Source: an uncultured Chloroflexia bacterium (GTDB lineage Bacteria; Chloroflexota; Anaerolineae; Anaerolineales; UBA4823). Taken from it: 64,000 nucleotides of DNA. Made by a program: the position numbers and the translations under genes. The first letter of the stretch is position 1; the number at the start of each line of letters is the position of its first letter. Shown in pieces: positions 1 to 10,101 of this stretch. The DNA is taken from the NCBI GenBank assembly GCA_963714425.1, contig CAVQOI010000005.1, forward strand, positions 19,218-83,217, written 5' to 3'. The notes beneath the pieces are model-generated. The model searched no databases. It was not told the DNA's origin and was given only the letters and a program-made list of their open reading frames with translations.

Positions 1-846
1 CTGCACTTTTTGAATCATCGTATCAAATGCATCACCGTAACTCATTGCTGTGTAATCGTTTACCGCGATATCGCCTTCGTTCAAGCTGATCCGTGTGCGC
101 GATTCTTTGTAAAAGCGAAATGGATCTTGATTTAAATCCACATAGTTATAGCCTGCAGGGATAGGTACAGATGGGTCATCCGATGTGAATAGCAAGCCAT
201 CGCTGCCAAATCCGGAGGGGAAGCTCTGGTTGTCATCCGGCGACCAAACTACAAGCACACCACCAATGATTTCGTCCCCTTGTTCCGGATCGAGGACGGT
301 CGACGCATAGGCGGTTGACCAGCCATGCCCATCACGCTCTTCAAGGAAAGGTCCTCCCCAAATATTGGACCAATACGCTACAGCAAACACCTGGACTCCA
401 GGATCGTCCCGCCCGTTGTTATCCACATCGACCTGTGTCCCTTGAGGAATTGAAGGCAATGCCAGGCTGTAAGTGAGCGGTTCGCCATCCGAATGAACCT
501 GTACTGGACCAATTGCTTGACCTTCGAGGCGAAATACAAAATCTTTATCCCTTTTGATAAAACCTGCTTGGTCCTCTAAGAGCACAAAAGGCTCATTAAT
601 GCTATTCAAGAAAAATGGCGAAGTATAAGTGATTTCTCCGGCGATAAATACCGGCTCATCAGGATTTTCATCCCCTGGCTGAACGGGTATTGGCGGTAAT
701 GGTGTAGGCTCGGGCGTTTGAGTCGGTGTTGGAGGGAGGGGTGACAGGTCTGTTACCTGGCAAGCAATTACACCGATGAGGATGACCGAAATAAAGAAGA
801 GAATCTTTGCTGTTCTTGTTGAGCAAGTCATTCGACCAAACTCCAT
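1..846 (-). CDS. Putative secreted lipoprotein; start in window, C-terminus runs off the left edge
   Basis: Own minus-strand translation from ATG 846-844 gives MEFGRMTCSTRTAKILFFISVILIGVIAC..., a signal peptide ending in a lipobox-like Cys. A Pro/Thr-rich linker (PLPPTPTQTPEPTPLPP) follows. The frame stays open to position 1. It is absent from the ORF track because it is truncated. Confidence 0.55.
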   Translation of the reverse strand, partial: MEFGRMTCSTRTAKILFFISVILIGVIACQVTDLSPLPPTPTQTPEPTPLPPIPVQPGDENPDEPVFIAGEITYTSPFFLNSINEPFVLLEDQAGFIKRDKDFVFRLEGQAIGPVQVHSDGEPLTYSLALPSIPQGTQVDVDNNGRDDPGVQVFAVAYWSNIWGGPFLEERDGHGWSTAYASTVLDPEQGDEIIGGVLVVWSPDDNQSFPSGFGSDGLLFTSDDPSVPIPAGYNYVDLNQDPFRFYKESRTRISLNEGDIAVNDYTAMSYGDAFDTMIQKVQ

Positions 847-847
847 T

Positions 848-1996
848 TTATTTCCCAATTCTTAAGATTAGTCCAGCCAACGCCCCTGCCAGGATCAACC
901 AGGTTGTGTTAATGCGATAGATCAGGAGCATAACACATGAGACCAGGATAATAACCACACTCCAGAATTCCGTCAACAAGGGTGCGGTCAGTTGCCAGGT
1001 GACACCTGCCATCAACCCCAAAGATGCCAGAATGACTCCGTCCAATAGGCTGGCGAGCCATGGGGAGGAGCGAAGGTATGGGATAAGCGAGCTACTCAGT
1101 GCGACGAATACGAATGATGGGAGGAATATTCCAATGGTGGCCAGGATTGCTGCAGGGAATCCCCCTAGTATATAGCCAATGAAAGTAGCAGAGGTAAAAA
1201 CTGGCCCAGGTGTAATCTGGCCAATGGCTATTGCATCGAGCAATTGGCTATCCGTGAGCCATCCGAGGCGAGCGACAAAATCAGCATGAAGGAACGCCAA
1301 AAGAACGTATCCAGAGCCATAAAGGACGGCCCCAATTTTTAGGAAGGTGAGAAATAATAAAGGCAGGCTGAATGGTATGAAAGCTACTGATGGCGAAGCC
1401 AGGCTTCCATAGGAAAGAATAAGGGTTGTGAGATGTGTGTTGTGCAGTCGAGGGGCGTTTTCCACCAGCATCACGACGATCGCACATGAGAGGATGATCA
1501 CGAGAGGGTGTATATTGAAAAGATAAAGGACGAGAGCTGCGACAGCTACCATCCCTGAGAACAGGCTCTTTAGGGCAGTGCGGCTTAACCCCCAAAGCGC
1601 CTGTGCGATGATCGCAACAACCACGGGCTGGACGCCGCCAAACAGCCAGCTGGCTTGGGGCGTAGTGCCGTAGCGAGTATACAGCCAGGCGAGCAAAAGT
1701 ACCATAGCCACTGATGGCAATATGAAACTAAATCCCCCTAAGAAGAACCCTGCCCACCCGGCTCGTCTGAGACCGATATGGAGGACCATCTCGGTGGAAT
1801 TTGGCCCTGGGATCAGATTGGTGATTCCGATTAAATCCAGGAATTGCTGGTCGGTTAGCCACTTACGGCGTTTCACAACCTCATCTTGGTACATGGCGAT
1901 ATGCGCTACAGGTCCCCCAAAGGCGGTAAAACCCAATCGTAAGAAGAGAATGACCACCTCAATTAGAGGGTGAGTACCCGAAGAGTTGTTTTTCAA
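848..1996 (-). CDS. chrA: Chromate ion transporter (CHR family)
   Basis: 382 aa and polytopic. The N-terminal GGPVAHIAMYQDEVVKRRKWLTDQQFLDLIGITNLIPGPNSTEM and the second-half repeat QITPGPVFTSATFIGY are typical duplicated CHR motifs. Confidence 0.85.
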   Translation of the reverse strand: MKNNSSGTHPLIEVVILFLRLGFTAFGGPVAHIAMYQDEVVKRRKWLTDQQFLDLIGITNLIPGPNSTEMVLHIGLRRAGWAGFFLGGFSFILPSVAMVLLLAWLYTRYGTTPQASWLFGGVQPVVVAIIAQALWGLSRTALKSLFSGMVAVAALVLYLFNIHPLVIILSCAIVVMLVENAPRLHNTHLTTLILSYGSLASPSVAFIPFSLPLLFLTFLKIGAVLYGSGYVLLAFLHADFVARLGWLTDSQLLDAIAIGQITPGPVFTSATFIGYILGGFPAAILATIGIFLPSFVFVALSSSLIPYLRSSPWLASLLDGVILASLGLMAGVTWQLTAPLLTEFWSVVIILVSCVMLLIYRINTTWLILAGALAGLILRIGK

Positions 1997-2000
1997 CGGA

Positions 2001-2420
2001 TTAAGTAGCTAGCCCGTCCAGCTGCTCACTAAGGGTATCGAGCTGCGCCAGGATCTTGTCAATATCTTCCCGGGATGGGATATTATGAGTCTGCAAGACT
2101 GACTCAATGAGCTCTTCGCTGGGAGCAGATTTGTGGAGGATATGGGAGAAGAGATTGTGTTGTACGTCGAGAAGCTGATCTCTTCGAGCTTGGATCAGGT
2201 CTGCCAAAAGAGAGCGAGGCATAAACCCAGCCTGCCTTTTCTCCTGATCACAGATCACCTGGGTGAGTGTGAAAGCGGTAAGATCCTCAGCAGATGTGTG
2301 GTCGATTACCTGCACGTCCTGTCCCTGGCGGATCAACTCTGCGATACCGTCGAGCGTGATATATCGTTTCGCTTGCGCATCGTAGAGCTTCCGATTCTCG
2401 TAGCGTTTTATCAGCCGCAT
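2001..2420 (-). CDS. phaR: PHA synthesis repressor PhaR-like DNA-binding protein
   Basis: The N-terminus IKRYENRKLYDAQAKRYITLDGIAELIRQGQDVQVIDHTSAEDLTAFTLTQVI matches the PhaR/PHB accumulation regulator N-terminal domain. Confidence 0.75.
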   Translation of the reverse strand: MRLIKRYENRKLYDAQAKRYITLDGIAELIRQGQDVQVIDHTSAEDLTAFTLTQVICDQEKRQAGFMPRSLLADLIQARRDQLLDVQHNLFSHILHKSAPSEELIESVLQTHNIPSREDIDKILAQLDTLSEQLDGLAT

Positions 2421-2430
2421 GGGTGAGGGT

Positions 2431-2805
2431 TCAGGACGATTGGGATGATTTCTTTAATTCATCCACTTTTTTTGACAAAGTTGCAATTTTGTTCCCGAGT
2501 GCTTCAATATCTGCCTTGGTAGGGACGTTGAGGCGAGTGAGGATCGTCTCGATGCGTTTGGTAAACTCATCCTCCATTTTGGACGAGTTTTTCTTGCGCC
2601 TCTCGATAATCTCGTGCAACAATTGGCGTCCCTCACGGTCGGCAATCTCCCCCCTGTCTACAAGGCGGGTGATAAATTCTTCAATCTCGTCTTGCGCTAG
2701 TGCCATTGCGCCGATTGCAGCAAGCAAAACCTTGCGCGAGGATTCAAATAAAGGGCGTGACGTATCTTCCGATGGTTGTTCTACTCCCTTTGTCTTTGCA
2801 GGCAT
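2431..2805 (-). CDS. Phasin-like PHA granule-associated protein (COG3937-type)
   Basis: 124 aa, helical and charged (LLAAIGAMALAQDEIEEFITRLVDRGEIADREGRQLLHEII...NVPTKADIEALGNKIATLSKKVDEL). It lies immediately upstream of phaR on the same strand. Confidence 0.65.
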   Translation of the reverse strand: MPAKTKGVEQPSEDTSRPLFESSRKVLLAAIGAMALAQDEIEEFITRLVDRGEIADREGRQLLHEIIERRKKNSSKMEDEFTKRIETILTRLNVPTKADIEALGNKIATLSKKVDELKKSSQSS

Positions 2806-2825
2806 GGGTCAACTCCTTTCGTTAA

Positions 2826-2844
2826 TATAACGCAATGCGTTATA
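2826..2844. promoter_or_regulatory. Perfect 9-1-9 palindrome TATAACGCA-A-TGCGTTATA upstream of the phasin gene; candidate operator
   Basis: Read directly from the sequence, 21 nt upstream of the phasin start codon (2805). A third TATAAC half-site follows at 2850-2855. Confidence 0.4.
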
Positions 2845-3026
2845 GCGATTATAACATGTCGCACCATTTGTATCAGCCCTCATGGCACAGGTTATAATCC
2901 TGTAGATCCAGTTGGTCGTTACCTTCTGGGAAAAAACATCGAACAATTCAATAAGAGAGGAATGAGGGTGGGTCGAAATTGGGAAGATTATCTTATTATT
3001 TTATCCACTCATAGTGAACCTGCCTG

Positions 3027-3695
3027 ATGAAGATCCTTAGCATCTCGGACGTAATTGTACCGTTTATATACAGTCCTCAGATTCGCAATCGGTTCCAAGA
3101 CATCGACCTGATCATTGGTTGTGGAGACCTTCCGTATTACTATCAGGAATTCGCTCTCACCATCCTTGAGAAGCCTCTTTTTTATGTGCGCGGCAACCAT
3201 GACAAACGAATTGAGTTCGGAAGGGCTGGCAAGCGCACCGGACCCGATGGAGGTACAGATCTCCATCAAAAGGTGGTCCAATATAACGGTCTACTACTAG
3301 CCGGGGTCGAAGGCAGCCTGCGATACAAAGAAGGCGATTACCAATATACTCAATTTGAGATGTGGTTGAATGTCACGTCAATCATGCCCGCATTGCTAAG
3401 GAATCGGATCCTCTATGGGCGCTACCTGGATGTTTTTGTAACCCACTCACCCGCAAAAGATACGCATGATCGCGATGATCTTACCCACCAGGGCATCAGT
3501 GCGTTCCGGTGGCTGGTGAAGACATTCCAGCCCGAATATCATTTTCATGGACATGTCCACGTTTACCATCCCGAAGAAGTCACTGAAACGCTTGTTGGTC
3601 GCACGCGGGTAATTAACACCTATGGGTTTAAAGAAACCACCATCCCGGACTACCGGCAAATCAGAACAGGTGTTTTCGCTTCCCGCAAAACGTGA
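3027..3695 (+). CDS. Metallophosphoesterase (calcineurin-like)
   Basis: Motifs GCGDLPYY, VRGNHD, VTHSP and GHVHV occur in the canonical order. Confidence 0.75.
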   Translation: MKILSISDVIVPFIYSPQIRNRFQDIDLIIGCGDLPYYYQEFALTILEKPLFYVRGNHDKRIEFGRAGKRTGPDGGTDLHQKVVQYNGLLLAGVEGSLRYKEGDYQYTQFEMWLNVTSIMPALLRNRILYGRYLDVFVTHSPAKDTHDRDDLTHQGISAFRWLVKTFQPEYHFHGHVHVYHPEEVTETLVGRTRVINTYGFKETTIPDYRQIRTGVFASRKT

Positions 3696-5401
3696 TCTAC
3701 CTTACTTCCCAAGATGGATTTCAATCCGGGGTTCAACCCGTACCCACCCATAATGATGATATCAGCTTGAGTCGAATTGACGGTTTTGAGAATCGTTGCG
3801 GCAACAGGACCTGTTTCTGCGACCAGATTGGCCTCAACCTCATGCTCTTCGAGATAGATTTTTGCACGTAACAAAGTTTCAGGGGGGATATCGCTTTCGC
3901 CGAAAACAGTAATGACCGTTAGTGGAATTGACCAGCGAGTTGCACAATATGTGGCGATGAAAAGAGCTTCATCAGCTTTTGGGCTGCCGTCGTATGAGAG
4001 CAAAGCGTGATTTGCAGGCGACACTACTTGCGGCACTGCGAGAATAGGACGAGGACAGCGCCGGATGAGCTCTCTAAATCCCCATTCGCGCCGGGCAAGC
4101 AGGCTCGTGGGGGGTGGGTAAAGTAAGGTGGTGACGACCAGATCTGTCAGGCGGGCTTCGTTTGCGATCGCCCGAGCAATCTCTCCCGATCGGATCATCA
4201 ACCTCCCCTGAATGCCTCGTTCCTGGCACCGCTGCTCAAACTCCAATTTCACTCCCTGGGCAATTTCACTCTCGATCTCGTTTTCAAGAACGAGGTGGAA
4301 CCCAAACAAGCGCGAGCCTTCTTTTTCTGCAATAACCAGCGCTTGATTGAGTGCAAACCAGCCACTTTCCTCTCCATTGACCGGCACGAGAATATCTGGA
4401 AAGATCCGGTCATCGTGATGGGTAGCGGAAACTTCCTGGCGCCACTTCCCAGGAGGCGGTCCAACCTCAAGCGAGCCTAGCGAGACGAATTCGAGAAGGG
4501 CCCCTCCGATACGGCTGATAAGCGATTCTTCATCTGCGTTCTCTTGTTCGCTCAAATCCAGAGCAGCAACTTCTGTAGGGATTTCAATATCCCACTCTTC
4601 TTCAAGGGATGTGCGATGTTCAGTGATCCACAAATATAAATCAGTTTCGGTTCGTCCGGGGAAGTGGCGGAGTATGCCCAACTCGCGGATTGAGCGCACA
4701 ACCGGGAGATACACAGTATCGTACCAATCCTGACCTGATTCTTGCTCTGAGATGAAGCGCATTTGCTCATTCCCCATATGATGGCGATGGACGGCAATAT
4801 GCTCCAGTAGGATAGCGTACTGACCGGGTATTGTAACGCTGAGATTTGAGTCAGGGTACAATTTATCCAGGCTTGTGCGTTCGAGGAACTCTGCGTACTC
4901 TGCTATTACGATAAGATCATCCGGTTGTGTTTCGGGTGTTAGAGGGACACGAGTGCGGACTTCAGTAACATACGCCTGGATAAACTCAGCACCGAGCTGG
5001 CGTGCCACTGAGACGCGATGATTGCCATCCTTGACGAAATATACATCTCCCATCTTGTAAACATCGATCGGAGGAAAACCTCTCGAACCGTCTGCTATGG
5101 CTTTCACACGTGCCCACCGTTCCTTGTCCGAGTCCTGACGGGGTAAAAAATCACGTGTAAAATCGTTATACCTCCCGACGGAACCGACAATAGAGGTGAG
5201 GGGGATGTCCTGAAGGCCACGATCTGAGCTGGCATACGCACGAAGCTTCTGGCGAACATCCTCATAAGAGAGCAATTCGGTCGACTGACCGGTGTAACGG
5301 GAGACAATTTCTCTCAGGAAGGCCTGGCTACGGGCGCGGCGAAAGTCCTGTAATGCTGAGGAATACATTTGTCGCTCGGGAAGATTGTGAAAGTCCGCCA
5401 T
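3650..5401 (-). CDS. Fusion protein: N-terminal ParB/sulfiredoxin-like domain plus C-terminal tandem universal stress protein (UspA) domains
   Basis: YFVKDGNHRVSVARQLG is a ParB/Srx-type motif. The C-terminal ADIIIMGGYGLNPGLKSILGSKVDHVLREAKTPVLICR is a USP signature. Its 3' end overlaps the convergent gene by 46 nt. Confidence 0.6.
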   Translation of the reverse strand: MADFHNLPERQMYSSALQDFRRARSQAFLREIVSRYTGQSTELLSYEDVRQKLRAYASSDRGLQDIPLTSIVGSVGRYNDFTRDFLPRQDSDKERWARVKAIADGSRGFPPIDVYKMGDVYFVKDGNHRVSVARQLGAEFIQAYVTEVRTRVPLTPETQPDDLIVIAEYAEFLERTSLDKLYPDSNLSVTIPGQYAILLEHIAVHRHHMGNEQMRFISEQESGQDWYDTVYLPVVRSIRELGILRHFPGRTETDLYLWITEHRTSLEEEWDIEIPTEVAALDLSEQENADEESLISRIGGALLEFVSLGSLEVGPPPGKWRQEVSATHHDDRIFPDILVPVNGEESGWFALNQALVIAEKEGSRLFGFHLVLENEIESEIAQGVKLEFEQRCQERGIQGRLMIRSGEIARAIANEARLTDLVVTTLLYPPPTSLLARREWGFRELIRRCPRPILAVPQVVSPANHALLSYDGSPKADEALFIATYCATRWSIPLTVITVFGESDIPPETLLRAKIYLEEHEVEANLVAETGPVAATILKTVNSTQADIIIMGGYGLNPGLKSILGSKVDHVLREAKTPVLICR

Positions 5402-5539
5402 GGCAACTATTTTACAGTGAAAATTGAGATCGAGGTAAAATTAGGCTTAGTGGGGTAGACAAACCCACATACGCGACCGAATGAATATATATGCGTATAA
5501 CAATCAGGACCAGGCACCTAAACGAGAGGAGCGCTATTA

Positions 5540-6334
5540 ATGCGAAGAGGTTCATTATTCTGGGGATTGTTGTTGGTGCTCATTGGGCTGATATTAATGC
5601 TGGACAACCTGGGATTACTGGGAAATATCAATATTTGGAACATAATTTGGCCAACGCTTCTTATCATGCTAGGCGCGAGAATCCTGTACGGGACGCTATT
5701 CCGGCAAGCACCAGCGAGTGAGCACAGAAGTATTCCTCTGGATGGCGCTCACCAGGCAAGGATAAAATTTCAGCATGCTGCTGGAAGACTGAACGTCTAT
5801 TCTGGTGGTCAGGTTGATACTCTGGTCGAGGGCGATTTTGGAGGAGGTGTAGAGGTAGATACCCAAAGGCAAGGGGAAACCCTTTCGGTGAAAATGAGTG
5901 TACCGAAGGGTATGTTTCCATTCGATTGGATGCCAGGGGGATCGTTAGACTGGTCAGTCGGACTCAGCGAAAAGATCCCAGTAGCATTGGAATTTGAAAC
6001 CGGTGCGGGGGAAGCGCGCATTGATTTGCGCGATCTGAAGGTTTCCGAGATACACCTGAAATCTGGGGCGAGCTCGACTGAAATCGAATTGCCCGCGAAC
6101 GCGTCAAGCACACGAGTTATCGTGGATGCCGGGGTAGCTTCCGTTCTCATGAGAGTGCCATCAGGCGTGGCTGCGCGTATACGGTCGGAAGGAGGTCTGT
6201 CGTCGATCGATGTGGATCCGAACCGTTTTCCCCTGGTGGGATCTAACCTGCACCAGTCCGCCGGATACGAAACCGCGGAGAACAAGGTCGAGATGGAAAT
6301 CCATATGGGTGTTGGCTCAGTCAAAATCAGCTAA
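5540..6334 (+). CDS. LiaF-like / toastrack envelope-stress membrane protein
   Basis: N-terminal LiaI-LiaF-like TM region (LFWGLLLVLIGLILMLDNLGLL...IWPTLLIMLGARIL) and a beta-rich C-terminal domain. A GAGAGGAG RBS precedes the ATG. Confidence 0.6.
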   Translation: MRRGSLFWGLLLVLIGLILMLDNLGLLGNINIWNIIWPTLLIMLGARILYGTLFRQAPASEHRSIPLDGAHQARIKFQHAAGRLNVYSGGQVDTLVEGDFGGGVEVDTQRQGETLSVKMSVPKGMFPFDWMPGGSLDWSVGLSEKIPVALEFETGAGEARIDLRDLKVSEIHLKSGASSTEIELPANASSTRVIVDAGVASVLMRVPSGVAARIRSEGGLSSIDVDPNRFPLVGSNLHQSAGYETAENKVEMEIHMGVGSVKIS

Positions 6335-6349
6335 TCAGGTGGCATTCTT

Positions 6350-7927
6350 GTGAAACCAGAAGAACAACGTATAGCCGAAGGGATACTCTTTACGGATCAA
6401 TACCAGCTTACTATGGCCCAGCTGTATTTCCGCATGGGATTGCACGAGAAGCAAGTGCAGTTCGACCACTTCTTCCGTCATTACCCAGATTACGGTAATC
6501 ACAAAGCGGGATATTGCATTAACGCTGGCTTGGAATGGCTGGTAGATTGGATGGACAGGGCGAGCTTTGGTGATGAGGAGATCGAATATTTACGAGCCCA
6601 TCAAAGCCTGCAGGGAGGGCAATTATTTGCCGATGACTTCCTCACCTGGCTTAGAAGAAATGGAGATTTCAGCGGGATCAGTCTGCAAGCAATCCCAGAA
6701 GGCCGTGTAATCCATCCAAATGAGCCGGTCACCGTGGTGCAAGGACCACTTGCCATGGCTCAGATCCTCGAGACCTCTCTGCTCAATCATCTAAATTACC
6801 AGATTCTGATCGCCACCAAGGCAGCCCGTATTCGAGAGATTGGCAGAGGCCAGGTCATGCTGGAGTTTGGCCTGCGACGGGCGCACGGCACAGGGGCAAA
6901 TGCAGGTGCGAGAGCTGCTCTGATTGGAGGAGCGGACTTTACGTCCAATGTTGGGATTTCATCGGTACTGGATTTCCCACCCAAAGGCACGCATGCGCAC
7001 AGCATGGTTCAGCTCTACCTGGCATTGGGCATGACTGAGCTGGATGCTTTTCAAGCGTATGCTGATATTTACCCGGATGATTGCTTGTTGCTCGTAGACA
7101 CGATCAATACACTGGAAAGCGGCGTGCCGAATGCAATCCGCGTATTTGAGAGTCTTCGCCGCAAGGGGCACAAACCGATGGGCATCCGATTGGATTCTGG
7201 CGACCTTGCTTACCTGGCGATTCAATCTGCCCGTATGTTGAACAATGCTGGTTTCCCGGATGCATCGATCGTCCTTTCGAATAATTTGGACGAGCTCATC
7301 ATCTGGCAAATTATTACACAGATCGAGGAGGAAGCCCCACGGTACGGGATCGACGCAGAGAGCCTGATCCGCCGGTTAGTATACGGCGTGGGAACTCGGT
7401 TGATAACGTCTTGGGGTGAGCCGGCGCTCGGTGGGGTGTATAAGCTAGTAGCAGTATATGATCAAGGTGGCTGGATACCTGCCATAAAGATTTCTGAAAC
7501 GCCCTCTAAAACACCAAATCCAGGACATAAACAGGTGTGGCGCATCTACGATCAGCGTGGAAAGGCAACGGCAGACCTGCTCAGCCTTGCGCAGGAAGCC
7601 CCGCGGGAAGCCGATCGTCTCACGATGAGACACCCTACTGACCATACCAAATATCGTTTCATGGAGCGGAGAGGAATCTCAGAGATCGAAGGACTGCTTG
7701 TGGACATTTTGAAAGAAGGCAAGCTGGTATACGAGATGCCTCCGATTGATATGATTCGACAGAGAAGAATCGAAGATGTCAACCGGCTGGACTTGGGTGT
7801 TCGCAGGATCATGTTCCCGCATATTTATCATGTCTCCCTGAGCCAACAGTTGTGGGAGTTAAAGCAGAACCTTATCCGGTCATCGATGTCTGGAGATGGT
7901 TCGATAAAGGAGGCTGAGAATGTCTAA
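6350..7927 (+). CDS. pncB: Nicotinate phosphoribosyltransferase
   Basis: 525 aa with a GTG start. Motifs include [32 protein letters not shown] and IRLDSGDL. Confidence 0.85.
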   Translation: MKPEEQRIAEGILFTDQYQLTMAQLYFRMGLHEKQVQFDHFFRHYPDYGNHKAGYCINAGLEWLVDWMDRASFGDEEIEYLRAHQSLQGGQLFADDFLTWLRRNGDFSGISLQAIPEGRVIHPNEPVTVVQGPLAMAQILETSLLNHLNYQILIATKAARIREIGRGQVMLEFGLRRAHGTGANAGARAALIGGADFTSNVGISSVLDFPPKGTHAHSMVQLYLALGMTELDAFQAYADIYPDDCLLLVDTINTLESGVPNAIRVFESLRRKGHKPMGIRLDSGDLAYLAIQSARMLNNAGFPDASIVLSNNLDELIIWQIITQIEEEAPRYGIDAESLIRRLVYGVGTRLITSWGEPALGGVYKLVAVYDQGGWIPAIKISETPSKTPNPGHKQVWRIYDQRGKATADLLSLAQEAPREADRLTMRHPTDHTKYRFMERRGISEIEGLLVDILKEGKLVYEMPPIDMIRQRRIEDVNRLDLGVRRIMFPHIYHVSLSQQLWELKQNLIRSSMSGDGSIKEAENV

Positions 7928-8558
7928 GTGGCTTCAATCGCGTGTATTGTGGGGAGTATTATTGATTGTTGCTGGGGTGATTTTTCTCCTTCAAAACCTG
8001 TTCAGCTTTGAGCTGAGCGGGATATTTTGGGGAGTGGTATTTGCTCTTGCGGGATTATTGTTTCTCGTGGTATTTCTCAGCGACCGCATGCATTGGTGGA
8101 GCCTTATCCCTGGGTTCACTCTCTTAGGAATCGCCGCCACGATTATTTCCGATAGTTATCTTCCCACCATAAGCAGTATTTTCGGCGGCGCATTCATTTT
8201 AGGCGGGATAGGGGTTGCTTTTTCTGCGGTGTATCTTTCCGATAGCCGCAACTGGTGGGCATTGATCCCAGCTGGGGTGATGTTTACGCTCACAACCATC
8301 ATTTTCCTGGACAACGCCATGGGGGGTTTTGGGAGCGCAGGGGTCTTATTCTTTGGCTTGGGTCTGACCTTCCTGGTGCTTGCGCTAATACGTACACCAG
8401 AAAACCGCCTGACATGGGCTTGGTACCCGGCGATTATTTTGTTAGTCATCGGAGTGATCATCTCTGCCGCAGCGGAGCAACTATTTGGGTATGTATGGCC
8501 AGTTGCTCTGATTCTTGGAGGGATTGTCTTGATCTACCGAACCTTTCGATCAAGATAG
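7920..8558 (+). CDS. Polytopic membrane protein with repeated LiaI/LiaF-like TM hairpins
   Basis: 212 aa, almost entirely TM segments with a repeated W-W-ALIPG pattern. Its start ATG overlaps the pncB stop (ATGTCTAA, 8-nt overlap). Confidence 0.55.
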   Translation: MSKWLQSRVLWGVLLIVAGVIFLLQNLFSFELSGIFWGVVFALAGLLFLVVFLSDRMHWWSLIPGFTLLGIAATIISDSYLPTISSIFGGAFILGGIGVAFSAVYLSDSRNWWALIPAGVMFTLTTIIFLDNAMGGFGSAGVLFFGLGLTFLVLALIRTPENRLTWAWYPAIILLVIGVIISAAAEQLFGYVWPVALILGGIVLIYRTFRSR

Positions 8559-8567
8559 AGGAGTTAT

Positions 8568-9035
8568 ATGAATCAGAGACTGTATCGAAGTCGTAGCGAT
8601 TCCATGATCGCTGGCGTTTGCGGAGGTCTGGCAGAATATCTGCGAATTGATTCGGTCCTAGTGCGCTTGTTTTTCATTCTGCTCACATTTGGGGGCGGTG
8701 GCGTCGCAATGCTGGTTTACATCCTTCTGTGGATAATTATCCCCCTTGAAGGTCTGGAAGGCGATGCAAACCTGCAAGAGACCGTACTGTTGAGTAGCCA
8801 GGAGATCGCCGAGCGCGCCCGATTGATGGGGGACGACCTTCGTAGTATTGTGCGCAATCCCAATCCACGCGCCGGTCTTTTGATCGGGTCTGCCCTTGTG
8901 ATTCTCGGGATTGCATTCCTGATTCAAAATTTAGAGCTCCCCTGGTTATACTGGCTGGATTTCGATGTGATCTGGCCTGTGCTGATCATCCTGGGGGGGA
9001 TCGCGTTGCTCACGCGTCACTGGAGAGGAGAATAA
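8568..9035 (+). CDS. PspC domain-containing membrane protein
   Basis: LYRSRSDSMIAGVCGGLAEYLRIDSVLVRLFFIL is the PspC domain signature, followed by TM segments. Confidence 0.8.
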   Translation: MNQRLYRSRSDSMIAGVCGGLAEYLRIDSVLVRLFFILLTFGGGGVAMLVYILLWIIIPLEGLEGDANLQETVLLSSQEIAERARLMGDDLRSIVRNPNPRAGLLIGSALVILGIAFLIQNLELPWLYWLDFDVIWPVLIILGGIALLTRHWRGE

Positions 9036-9036
9036 G

Positions 9037-10101
9037 ATGAGCAATTCACAAAGTCAAAAAACACGCAAGCGAGGCAGTTTGTTCGGCCCACTGATACTCA
9101 TCGCGCTGGGAGTGATCTTTTTGCTCAATAATATTAACGTTTTACCGGGGGATTTGTGGGGGACGCTCCTGCAGTTCTGGCCGCTAATACTGGTCGCGAT
9201 TGGATTGGATAATATTTTTCAGCGCGAAGGGCTAGTTGGAGCGACTTTCATGATTGGTTTGGGCGTCGTCTTTCTTCTCTCAAATCTCGGTTATATAAAC
9301 ACAAACATCTGGCAGCTAATTCTTCGCCTGTGGCCTCTTTTGTTAGTCGCTATCGGTCTGGATCTCGTGGTGGGCCGGCGCTCTATCTGGGCATCGCTGG
9401 CAGGGTTGGTAGTTCTACTTGTGCTACTGGTAGGAGCTTTATTGCTGTTCGGTGTGAATGTTGAAACCGGTCAGGTGTTGCAGGGTGAAAGCATCAGCCA
9501 GTCATTTGATGGGGCTCGGAGCGGAGAGGTCATCCTAGATAATGCCGTGGGGGATGTTTACATACAAGCTGGGAATGACCCAGCGCTATTAGTATCTGGA
9601 ACTGTAACCGCCAGACGGGGAGTGGGCACCAGCCAAGAGTTTTCAATACAAGGAGAAGAGGCAGTATACAGGCTGAGACAATCTGGGGCGTATGTCGGAA
9701 TTGGTAATGCTGGCAGTCGCACCTGGGATATCGGACTAAATCGTAACCTCCCGATCAGCCTGCGCTACAACCAGGGAGCAGGACTTTCGATACTGAATCT
9801 TGACCAGGTGCAGATTAGTTATCTGGACGCAAACATAGGCGTTGGGCAGTTACACATCATCTTGCCCCAGAATGGAGATTTTGAGGGCAAAATCAGTGGT
9901 GCTATTGGTCAGATTGTCATCGAGGTTCCAAGCGGGGTTGGTATTCGAATTCGCTCCGACGGTGCGCTGGTAACGGTGCACACACCGGATGGATACGAGA
10001 AGCTGGAGAACAGCTACACATCTCCTGATTATGACAGTGCGGAATTCCGCATGGATTTACAGATTAATTTGGCAATTGGAGATGTACGCGTTACAGATTA
10101 A
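9037..10101 (+). CDS. LiaF-like / toastrack envelope-stress membrane protein (second copy)
   Basis: Repeated N-terminal LiaI-LiaF-like TM units (LFGPLILIALGVIFLLNN...WPLILVAIGLD...WPLLLVAIGLD) and a beta-rich C-terminus. It starts 1 nt after the PspC gene. Confidence 0.6.
   Translation: MSNSQSQKTRKRGSLFGPLILIALGVIFLLNNINVLPGDLWGTLLQFWPLILVAIGLDNIFQREGLVGATFMIGLGVVFLLSNLGYINTNIWQLILRLWPLLLVAIGLDLVVGRRSIWASLAGLVVLLVLLVGALLLFGVNVETGQVLQGESISQSFDGARSGEVILDNAVGDVYIQAGNDPALLVSGTVTARRGVGTSQEFSIQGEEAVYRLRQSGAYVGIGNAGSRTWDIGLNRNLPISLRYNQGAGLSILNLDQVQISYLDANIGVGQLHIILPQNGDFEGKISGAIGQIVIEVPSGVGIRIRSDGALVTVHTPDGYEKLENSYTSPDYDSAEFRMDLQINLAIGDVRVTD

Noticed and set aside
5809-6324. Large antisense shadow ORFs, e.g. 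5809..6324, 31224..31856, 34323..34931, 35520..36038, 49690..50256, 49833..50390, 51082..51687
   Set aside because: Each lies opposite, or out of frame within, a gene with clear family motifs. Their translations are low-complexity, Arg/Ser/Pro-rich, and lack any recognisable domain.
10091-10101. Convergent 3'-end overlaps (10091-10101, 23976-23990, 62452-62459) as regulatory antisense features
   Set aside because: Overlaps of 8-15 nt at convergent stops are common in compact genomes. Only the 46-nt case (3650-3695) seemed worth mentioning, and it is covered under the ParB/USP finding.
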